A stretch of DNA of 64,000 bases from Bacteroidota bacterium (GTDB taxonomy: Bacteria > Bacteroidota > Bacteroidia > Bacteroidales > UBA7960): the NCBI GenBank assembly GCA_018335675.1, contig JAGXRQ010000095.1, positions 16,046-80,045 of the forward strand, read 5' to 3'. Both the position numbers and the translations under genes were made by a program. Below, in pieces: positions 19,342-27,285 of the stretch; position 1 is the stretch's first letter, and each line of letters opens with the position of its first letter. The notes under the pieces are model-generated. The model did no database searches and had not been told where the DNA came from. It was given only the letters and a program-made list of their open reading frames with translations.

Positions 19342-19516
19342 TTCGGCCTGCGGAATTTTACCGTTACTAGCCTTAGTGAAACGTAGCTTTTTGAGAAAAT
19401 TTGAGACTCGCAAGCTCTAAAAGCATATTCTTGATAATAAAAATCAATTTGCGAAGCCTTGCAAATTTTCAAGCGGAGTGAACTTAGGCTAGTCGGTAAA
19501 ATTCCGAAGCCTTGAA
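19342..19516. repeat. 175-bp imperfect palindrome (MITE-like or structured-RNA-like)
   Basis: The left arm ggcctgcggaattttaccgttactagccttagtgaaacg..ttgagaaaatttgagactcgc pairs with the right arm gcgaagccttgcaaattttcaagcggagtgaacttaggctagtcggtaaaattccgaagcc. Confidence 0.75.
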
Positions 19517-19589
19517 TTTTTGCCTTACTTTTTTTTCAAGAAAAAAGTAAGAAGATAATTAATTATCAAAACTTGGGGTTTGCATCTCA

Positions 19590-19878
19590 CCTTCCAACCC
19601 AACCCCAAAACCATCATTCCCAATATTGGAAAAATCAACAATAATCAGGCATTGCTATATGAGACGCGCCTGTAGGCTCGTCTGTACATATGTGTCTTAA
19701 TGGATTAATTGGAGACATGCCGGGAAGGCTTGTCTTTACATCAAACCTCTTTCTCCGTTGCGCTGCCAATAAACATTTTAGCAATTAATAAACTGTATAG
19801 CGCAGCGCTTTGCTTTCGTGCAATTTTTTACGCTATTGATGTTGAACTCCTGACGGAGTAGGGATTGTGCAGATTGAA
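19590..19878. repeat. composite hairpin repeat, copy A (~290 bp)
   Basis: Contains ttcccaatattggaa, gagacgcgcc-tgt-aggctcgtctgtaca, ggagacatgcc-ggga-aggcttgtct, ..ttgcgctgccaataaaca.., tatagcgcagcgc, ctattgatgttgaactcctgacggag and agattgaaaagattg. Collinear with copy B at roughly 70 percent identity by eye. Confidence 0.75.
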
Positions 19879-20083
19879 AAGATTGAATATTAATAAACTT
19901 TTTTTTATGTCAATGGCTGTATAGACCGGGTGCGCAGCCCGGCAAAACGGCGAGCAAGCGCAGGCCTGAATGTGAGAAGGCATAGAAAACATTAAAATGT
20001 AATAAATTGTAATCAGATTAATGTATTTGCAATTGGAAAACAAAAATTGTGTTCTCCAGTGACTGGTATGAAAAATTAAACTT

Positions 20084-20091
20084 TATATTTG
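20084..20091 (+). promoter_or_regulatory. candidate -7 promoter element for the ORF6N gene
   Basis: TATATTTG lies ~18 nt before the start of the conserved reading frame at 20109. Confidence 0.4.
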
Positions 20092-20108
20092 CAGATAATT
20101 TATGCTAA

Positions 20109-20660
20109 TTAATAAGTAATGATAAGAATGCAATCGCAATTCCTGAAGAAATAGTATTAAAAAAGATATATACTATCAGAAACGAAAAGGTAATGCTTGA
20201 CATGGAACTGGCGGAACTGTATAATGTTGAAACCAAGCAGCTAAAAAGAGCAGTAAGACGTAATATTAAAAGATTCCCCGCCGATTTTATGTTCGAATTA
20301 ACAGATGCCGAGTTTTCAACCTTGAGGAGCCAATTTGGCACCTCAAGTTGGGGCGGTATCCGATATGCACCAATGGCTTTTACAGAACAGGGCGTAGCAA
20401 TGCTTTCAAGCATCCTGAACAGCGACAGGGCAATTCAAGTAAACATCCAAATTATAAGAGTTTTTACCAAGTTACGTAATCTATTGTCAACCCACAGGGA
20501 GATTTTGCAGAAACTTGAACAGTTAGAAAAGAAAGATATTGAGCAGGATGATAAAATCCTATTGATTTTTGAATACTTGAAACAACTTGAAAAGGTCAAA
20601 CAAGAGGAGTTGGAGTATACAAATCGACAACATATTGGTTATAAAAGAAAAAACAATTAA
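20109..20660 (+). CDS. ORF6N (KilA-N-related) DNA-binding domain protein, start uncertain or possibly 5'-degraded
   Basis: KIYTIRNEKVMLDMELAELYNVETKQLKRAVRRNIKRFPADFMFELT is the ORF6N core. The first ATG (20193) falls inside this conserved block. The 28 in-frame codons upstream (from 20109) are open but contain no ATG, GTG or TTG. Confidence 0.7.
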   Translation, partial: LISNDKNAIAIPEEIVLKKIYTIRNEKVMLDMELAELYNVETKQLKRAVRRNIKRFPADFMFELTDAEFSTLRSQFGTSSWGGIRYAPMAFTEQGVAMLSSILNSDRAIQVNIQIIRVFTKLRNLLSTHREILQKLEQLEKKDIEQDDKILLIFEYLKQLEKVKQEELEYTNRQHIGYKRKNN

Positions 20661-20849
20661 TTGTTGAAAACGATACAATTGAAAGCTGCGCTTCATGGGG
20701 CACTCCTATATTCTCAAGCATACCAAAAAACAAAGGAAAGTATTCACATAAAGCAGAGTTGATTTTAAATAACAGGGGTAAAAAAACAACTTTACCTTTT
20801 AGAATTAATTACGAAGTAAAATAACGATAGCCTTTTGGCTAAACATTCC

Positions 20850-21140
20850 TCCCCAAAACCAAAATAATTATTCCCAACATTGGGAAATAATGAAATAATA
20901 CAGGCCTAAACCTCGGAGACGCGCCATCATAGGCGCGTCTGTACAGGTATCGCCGCTATTGATTTAGAGACGTGCCGGGAAGGCACGTCTCTACTGCAAA
21001 CCATTTTCTCCTTTGCGCTGACAATAAACATTGTGCAATTAATAAACTACATTGCGCAGCGCCCGGATTTGTGTGCAATTATCGGGCTATTGATATTAAA
21101 CCCCTAGCGGGGCATTTATTAAAGATTTATCAGATTGAAA
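20850..21140. repeat. composite hairpin repeat, copy B (~290 bp)
   Basis: Contains ttcccaacattgggaa and two perfect hairpins, ggagacgcgcc-atcat-aggcgcgtct and gagacgtgcc-gggaa-ggcacgtctc. Also cattgcgcagcgcccggatttgtgt, ctattgatattaaacccctagcgggg and cagattgaaagatt. Confidence 0.75.
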
Positions 21141-21154
21141 GATTAATTGGTTGA

Positions 21155-21238
21155 TACCCATTTACCCTTATACCTTATACCTTATACCTTATACCTTATA
21201 CCTTATACCCTTATACCCTTATACCCTTATACCCTTAT
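21155..21238. repeat. tandem array: TATACCT x5 then TATACCCT x4
   Basis: Counted directly. Heptamers run 21169-21203 and octamers 21204-21235. Confidence 0.9.
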
Positions 21239-21363
21239 GCAATTAATTTCAAAAACACAACACTCCCAATCCCTGACTGTAAATTATGTTAAAAATGCAT
21301 TTAACATTAAGGTTTTAAAACAAATAGTTTTTACCTTTCTAGAATAATTCAAACTTCTGTTTC

Positions 21364-24006
21364 ATGAAAACACAAAAAAGCTCTATTTGGCTTGCTACTA
21401 TTCTTATTAGCATTTTTACATTTTCAAACACTTTTTCATCAAATTTAGAACCCCAAAAACTTACTGCTCCGAAAGATTTTTTCGGGTTTAATCCCGGCGC
21501 TGATAAAAAGCTTATAAGTTATGAGGAGCTTATTAATTATTTGTTTTTGCTGGAAAAGGAGTCACCAATGCTAAAAATGCATCATGCCGGCAACTCTCCA
21601 ATGGGCAAACCAATGTATATAACGTTCATTTCTGCTGCTGAAAACATTAATAATCTCAATAAATTACAGGAAATCAATCGTGAACTTGCATTAAACCCTA
21701 ATATCAGCGAAAATGAAAAAGCTAAAATGATTGAAGATGGGAACGTTTTCGTAATGGCAACTCTGTCAATGCATTCCAACGAGGTTGGCCCGTCTCAGGC
21801 TGCTCCTATAATGGCTTATGAACTTTTATTTGAAAGACAAGAAGAAGTTAAGGATTATCTCGAAAATGTAGTTTTGATGCTTATTCCTTGCCATAATCCT
21901 GATGGAATGGATATGACTGTAGAGCATTACAGAAAATATGTTGGAACTCCTTACGAAGGAAGTACCCTTCCGGGTGTTTATCATAAATATGTAGGGCATA
22001 ATAACAACAGGGACTTTGTTGCACTAACACAAGAAGACACAAAAGTAATTGCTGACATTTATAATATTCAATGGTATCCTCAGGTTTTTGTTGAAAAACA
22101 TCAGATGGGAATCACCGATCCTAGATATTTTGTTCCGCCTGCTCACGACCCTATTGCAGAAAATATAGATGAAGGAATCTGGAACTGGAATTGGGTATTT
22201 GGCTCAAATATGTCTAAATATATGACAAACAAAGGATTAACCGGAATAACCCAGCATTATCTCTTCGATGACTATTGGCCTGGATCTACTCAAACTTGTG
22301 CTTGGAAAAATGTTATTGGCATGCTAACAGAAGCTGCTAGTGTGCAATTGGCAACTCCTGTTTATGTTGAAAAAAGTGAAATGAGAGTTATTGGAAAAGG
22401 CCTTTCTGAATACAAGAAAAGTATTAACATGCCAATTCCGTGGCAAGGTGGATGGTGGAAATTGTCTGATATTGTAAGGTATGAAGTAGAATCTATTTTT
22501 TCTATGCTAAAAACATCATCACTATACAGAAAAGAAATATTAACATTTAGAAATGATTTATGTGTAAAAGAAGTAAATAAGGGCTATAATGAATCTCCCT
22601 ATTTCTACATTATACCTAAACAACAACACGATTATAGTGAAACACTAAACATGCTTATATTACTTGAAAGACACGGAATTAATATATATCAGCTTAAAGA
22701 AGACGCAGTTGTACAAGGAAGAAAATACTATGAGGGAGACTACATAATACCTCTATCACAGGCATACCGGCCATTTATCAAAGAAGTAATGGAGAAACAA
22801 GAATTCCCGGTAAGAAGATATACCCCTGGAGGCGAAATGATTAGACCATACGACATAACAAGTTGGTCGCTTCCGCTGCACAGAGGCATTGAAAGTCACG
22901 AAATTACACAACCTCAGCAATGGCTATACGAAAAATTTGTTCCAGTTAATATTACTGAAAAAACAAAAGAATCACCCAAACTACCATTTGGCTTTTTAGT
23001 TTATTGCGCAACTAATAACGACTCCTATAAAATTGCATTTCAGGCACTTGCAAAAAATATTGATGTTTTTAGAACAACTGATAATGCAACTATTAATGGA
23101 ACTTTCATTCCTTCAGGTAGTTTCATCATAGAAAAAACCAATAAAAATTCGAATCAAATTGAAATGATATCTGCATCGGCAAAGATTTATCCGATATCAT
23201 TCAAACAAAAACCTGAAATAAAAACAAATAAACTTGCACTTCCAAAAATTGCAATAACAGAATCATACTTTCATGATATGGATGCAGGATGGACAAGATT
23301 TTTGTTTGATCAATACGGAATACCTTTCACTGTTATAAGACCGTGCGAATTTGCAGGTAAAAATTTGATAAAACAATTTGATGTAATAATCTTTCCTGAC
23401 CAAAATAAAAATGCATTAATGCAGGGAAGATGGCAACGTGGTGAAAATGTTGTTATTCCTTTTTATCATCCAGACTTTGCAAAAGGAATGGAAAAAGCCG
23501 GATGGCAAGAAGTTTTAGAATTTATTGAGCAAGGAGGTATAGTAATTTCATGGGCACAGAGTACAGAATTATTTTTAGGACTTATGGAGCCCAAGACCGG
23601 CCAACCATATAACTTTCCTATTAGCAACATTGCGCAATCACTACAAGATCAAGGGTTTAAATGTCCGGGGTCATTACTTTCAGTTACTTTAAACACCAAG
23701 CACCCTATTAGCTGGGGTATGCCTGAGAAATTCGGCGTATTTCACAGGGAAAATAACGTATTTGCAACATCTATCCCAATTTTTGATATGGACAGAAGAG
23801 CAATTGCAACATTTACCGAAAAGCCTGAAATACTTAGCGGATATGCAGAAAAGATAGAATTGCTTGAAAACCAGCCTGCAGTAGTATGGCTTAAAAAAGG
23901 GAAAGGACAAGTAGTTTTGTTTTCATTTGCCCCAAATTTCAGAGGATCAACCCCTGTTACTAATAAATTGATTTTCAATTCAATACTGCTAATTCACTCA
24001 TTCTAA
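21364..24006 (+). CDS. M14-family zinc carboxypeptidase-like protein (large, secreted)
   Basis: 880 aa with a signal peptide. Contains HSNE (HxxE zinc site), HNPDG, NNNRDF and a downstream His (EKHQMG). Confidence 0.75.
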   Translation: MKTQKSSIWLATILISIFTFSNTFSSNLEPQKLTAPKDFFGFNPGADKKLISYEELINYLFLLEKESPMLKMHHAGNSPMGKPMYITFISAAENINNLNKLQEINRELALNPNISENEKAKMIEDGNVFVMATLSMHSNEVGPSQAAPIMAYELLFERQEEVKDYLENVVLMLIPCHNPDGMDMTVEHYRKYVGTPYEGSTLPGVYHKYVGHNNNRDFVALTQEDTKVIADIYNIQWYPQVFVEKHQMGITDPRYFVPPAHDPIAENIDEGIWNWNWVFGSNMSKYMTNKGLTGITQHYLFDDYWPGSTQTCAWKNVIGMLTEAASVQLATPVYVEKSEMRVIGKGLSEYKKSINMPIPWQGGWWKLSDIVRYEVESIFSMLKTSSLYRKEILTFRNDLCVKEVNKGYNESPYFYIIPKQQHDYSETLNMLILLERHGINIYQLKEDAVVQGRKYYEGDYIIPLSQAYRPFIKEVMEKQEFPVRRYTPGGEMIRPYDITSWSLPLHRGIESHEITQPQQWLYEKFVPVNITEKTKESPKLPFGFLVYCATNNDSYKIAFQALAKNIDVFRTTDNATINGTFIPSGSFIIEKTNKNSNQIEMISASAKIYPISFKQKPEIKTNKLALPKIAITESYFHDMDAGWTRFLFDQYGIPFTVIRPCEFAGKNLIKQFDVIIFPDQNKNALMQGRWQRGENVVIPFYHPDFAKGMEKAGWQEVLEFIEQGGIVISWAQSTELFLGLMEPKTGQPYNFPISNIAQSLQDQGFKCPGSLLSVTLNTKHPISWGMPEKFGVFHRENNVFATSIPIFDMDRRAIATFTEKPEILSGYAEKIELLENQPAVVWLKKGKGQVVLFSFAPNFRGSTPVTNKLIFNSILLIHSF

Positions 24007-24111
24007 TTAAAAAATAAAAGCATTTTTTATTAGTTAATCGTAAATGTTTTACATTTGCATTTCCTTTCATTTCCATTAATTTATATCTGACGAATTTTCT
24101 ATTTTTTTCTT

Positions 24112-24876
24112 ATGGGAAACAAATTAAAATATAAGATTTTAGCAAGTTTTTTATTGCTTGTTTCTTTGCTAGTAATTGCAGGGACTGTGTCAATAATTGA
24201 ATTCATAAAGTTAAGCAAAACCGTAACTGCAATTATTGATGACAATTATAAAACTATCGAAGCCACTAAAACTATGGCTGAATCAATTGAACGTATTGAT
24301 AGTGGAATACTTTTACATATTCTGGGTGAAAAAGAAGAGAGTATTAAGATAATTCAAGCGGCTGATATTATGTTTATTGAGTCTTTTAATGTGGCAAAAA
24401 ACAACATAACTGAATTTAATGAAAGTATTTATATTGACAATATTACAGAAAACTATAATATTTTCAAGTCATATTGGATAAATAATTTATACCAGCATAA
24501 TTTTCAAGGCGACTTAAATTGGTACCATAACCAAATACATTTATCTTTTATCAACACAAAGCAAGCAATAACCAACCTGATGTATATAAATCAAAATAGT
24601 CTCTATAACCATTCTACACAGTTAAAGGAAAAATCACAAAGAGCAATAATGCCAGGTATTGTATCAATTATTGGATCTATTGTTTTTTTAGTAATGTTGA
24701 ATTTTTTCATCACAAAACACTATATCACTCCAATTACTGAATTGTCGGAAGCAATTAAAAACTTTGACAAAAATGATAAATATCTGCATTCAAATATCAA
24801 TTCAAAAGATGAATTAAAAAAGTTAGAAACAGACATAAATAATCTTATCACAAAACTTCAATACAACAAAATCTGA
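24112..24876 (+). CDS. membrane sensor-like protein: TM, 4-helix-bundle ectodomain, TM, HAMP, no output domain
   Basis: 254 aa with two TM helices (aa ~10-32 and ~180-200). The C-terminal sequence PITELSEAIKNFDKNDKYLHSNINSKDELKKLETDINNLITKL is HAMP-like. The protein ends about 7 aa later. Confidence 0.5.
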   Translation: MGNKLKYKILASFLLLVSLLVIAGTVSIIEFIKLSKTVTAIIDDNYKTIEATKTMAESIERIDSGILLHILGEKEESIKIIQAADIMFIESFNVAKNNITEFNESIYIDNITENYNIFKSYWINNLYQHNFQGDLNWYHNQIHLSFINTKQAITNLMYINQNSLYNHSTQLKEKSQRAIMPGIVSIIGSIVFLVMLNFFITKHYITPITELSEAIKNFDKNDKYLHSNINSKDELKKLETDINNLITKLQYNKI

Positions 24877-24886
24877 TTTATCTTAA

Positions 24887-26329
24887 ATGAGAACAGAGGT
24901 TATATATAAATTTCTAAGCTATGTATTGTTATTCAATGCGGTGTTTTTATTTATAGCCGCTGCAATTTCTTTATTCTATAATGAATCTTCTGCATATCCA
25001 TTAATGTTTAGCGGTTTTATTTGTATTATTTTCTGTGCACTTCCTTTTATTTTTGTCGACAACATTGATGATATTAATTTTAATGAAGGTATTGCTATAG
25101 TTGTAATAAGCTGGCTTACAACCTGCATAATTGGGATGTTACCATATTTAATGTGGGGAGGTGAGTTTTCGTTAATAAATTCTTGGTTTGAAAGTGTTTC
25201 AGGTTATACTACTACAGGTTCCTCAATTCTAAACAATATTGAAGGCTTACCTAAAGGATTATTGTTTTGGAGATCATCAACTCACTGGATTGGAGGAGTG
25301 GGTGTAATTATTTTTGTTTTATTAATATTACCGCATGCCACGAGCTCACGACTAACAATTTTAAACACTGAAATTAATGAATTGTCAAAGGCAAATTTCA
25401 AATTCAGGGCAAAAAAAATCATACAGGTTTTGGTCATTGTTTATGTAGGATTAACAGCATTACAAACAGTTGCGCTTATCTTGGCTGGGATGAATAGTTT
25501 TGACGCCATAAATCATTCATTTGCAACCATTGCCACAGGTGGGTTTTCAACTAAAAACTCCAGCTTGGCGTATTTCAATAGTGAAATCATTGACTACATT
25601 GTAATATTCTTTATGATTCTCGCAGGGATACATTTTGGACTACTGTTTGGAACTTTTACTGGGAGGCGTGAAAATATTTTTAAATCTAAGGTTGTGAAAA
25701 TTTTCCTTCTTGTTTTATTGAGTGGAGTGATTCTGGTTTCTTTGAAGTTGTTTTTTTCAGGAACCTACAACTTTATGGATTCGATTAGATATGGAGCTTT
25801 TCAAGTTATTTCGCTTGGCACTACCACTGGGTTTGCAAATGCAGACAGTTTTGCCTGGCCTCCTTTTACTCATATAATATTGATTTACTTCACAATACAA
25901 TGCGCAATGATGGGCTCTACATCGGGAGGATTAAAATTTGACCGTATATATTTATTTTTTAAATCTTTAAAAAAACAATTAACATTAATAAAGCATCCAA
26001 AAGCTATCGTATCGTTTAAAATGAATAACATCCATATTAGCGACCACTTGGAAACAATGACATTAGTTTTTATTATTCTCTATATCTTCAGTTTCTTTGT
26101 AACAACAGTTATTCTTACTTTTTTGAATGTTGATTTATACACTGCTTTTTCAGCATCTATCGCAACAATAGGTAATGTTGGGCCAGGGTTTGGAGAAGTG
26201 AGTTCATTATCTAATTATTCAGAAATACCCTCCATTGGAAAATTTGTGTTAACTATAAATATGTTATTAGGAAGATTAGAAATATTGAATATTTTCGCAT
26301 TTCTGATTTTAAAAAGAGGAAATTTTTAA
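24887..26329 (+). CDS. trkH: TrkH/KtrB-family potassium uptake membrane subunit
   Basis: 480 aa and polytopic, with repeated selectivity-filter-like motifs (GYTTTGSS, ATGGFST, GTTTGFA, MGSTSGGLK). Confidence 0.88.
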   Translation: MRTEVIYKFLSYVLLFNAVFLFIAAAISLFYNESSAYPLMFSGFICIIFCALPFIFVDNIDDINFNEGIAIVVISWLTTCIIGMLPYLMWGGEFSLINSWFESVSGYTTTGSSILNNIEGLPKGLLFWRSSTHWIGGVGVIIFVLLILPHATSSRLTILNTEINELSKANFKFRAKKIIQVLVIVYVGLTALQTVALILAGMNSFDAINHSFATIATGGFSTKNSSLAYFNSEIIDYIVIFFMILAGIHFGLLFGTFTGRRENIFKSKVVKIFLLVLLSGVILVSLKLFFSGTYNFMDSIRYGAFQVISLGTTTGFANADSFAWPPFTHIILIYFTIQCAMMGSTSGGLKFDRIYLFFKSLKKQLTLIKHPKAIVSFKMNNIHISDHLETMTLVFIILYIFSFFVTTVILTFLNVDLYTAFSASIATIGNVGPGFGEVSSLSNYSEIPSIGKFVLTINMLLGRLEILNIFAFLILKRGNF

Positions 26330-26332
26330 AGA

Positions 26333-27058
26333 TTAAACTAGTTTTACCCAACTCACTTTTCTATCAAATTCATAACCTATTTTTGCAAGCATTTTCTTTG
26401 TTTGAATATTCTGAGATTCAATGTTTACGAATGCAGGTCTGTTGGTTTTAATTCTTTCTGTTGTTAAATACCTGAGAATATTTTCACCTATACCCTGACC
26501 TCTATACTGTTGAATAATATTTAGAAACCCAATAGAACTATCGTCGTGCGTAAGCGCCCATCCCACAAGCTCACCATCCACAAAATATCCTGCAGAAATA
26601 TCTTTAATAAGTCTGTCGCATATATATTCAACAGAAGTAAAATCCTTGTAGGCTGAATTGCTATATATAAAACCTGCGAGTGCTTTATCAATATGCTTGC
26701 ATTCAATCTCGGAGGGCTCTACTTCCTTGCCTTCAGGTATATATAGTCTTTCAGTAGTAAGTCTCCATTCTATCCTTTTTTCTTTTGTCAAAATTGGCAG
26801 CATCCAGTCTTCAACATTTGCAAAATAACTTGTTTCATAGTCCATATTTTCAATCAAAGTTTCAAGGTCTTCTTTATTCTGAACACTACAATATGCCCAA
26901 GTGTAATCACTAGATCCCAGCAGTAAAAAGGATTTATCTTTTTGATAAAAATTATCAAGCTTGTAATTTCCGAAAAAACCTATCACAGCCATATTTTGAA
27001 TAGGGTCATTGTTTAATATCTCCTGAATATTTGTTTGCAATTGATACATAATTATCAA
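26333..27058 (-). CDS. GNAT family N-acetyltransferase
   Basis: 241 aa. The C-terminal acetyltransferase fold carries QQYRGQGIGENILRYL (the Q/RxxGxG/A acetyl-CoA loop). Confidence 0.7.
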   Translation of the reverse strand: MIIMYQLQTNIQEILNNDPIQNMAVIGFFGNYKLDNFYQKDKSFLLLGSSDYTWAYCSVQNKEDLETLIENMDYETSYFANVEDWMLPILTKEKRIEWRLTTERLYIPEGKEVEPSEIECKHIDKALAGFIYSNSAYKDFTSVEYICDRLIKDISAGYFVDGELVGWALTHDDSSIGFLNIIQQYRGQGIGENILRYLTTERIKTNRPAFVNIESQNIQTKKMLAKIGYEFDRKVSWVKLV

Positions 27059-27285
27059 ATTTGGATACTACTTCATTTGCATCATAAAGTTATAATTATT
27101 TGTAAAACAAATAGGCAATCATATTAAAATTAAGCAATAAATGACACAAAATTATTTTAGCTATTGGTAATTGACTTGGCTTAAACCGGCATGATCATAT
27201 GTGAATCAATTAAATATAAGTTTTTTTTCTTGGTAATAATATTTCTTTTTCGTAACTTGCTATGATTTTTATACACCATATGCCT

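Noticed and set aside
19828-20413. Minus-strand track ORFs 19828..20043 and 20105..20413, and plus-strand ORF 20972..21154
   Set aside because: They lie within the composite repeats or antisense to the ORF6N gene. They are Cys/Phe/Ile-rich low-complexity translations with no recognisable domain.
21147-21347. Track ORF encoding MVDTHLPLYLIPYTLYLIPYTLIPLYPYTL...
   Set aside because: It is a translation of the TATACCT/TATACCCT tandem array. It lacks promoter or start context and has a low-complexity repeat composition.
19145-21363. Possible tRNA, tmRNA, riboswitch or group II intron in the 2.2-kb gene-poor interval
   Set aside because: I could not find a T-loop (GTTCRANYC) or acceptor-stem pattern, conserved riboswitch cores, or reverse-transcriptase coding potential. 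The structured segments are better explained as repeat-family hairpins.
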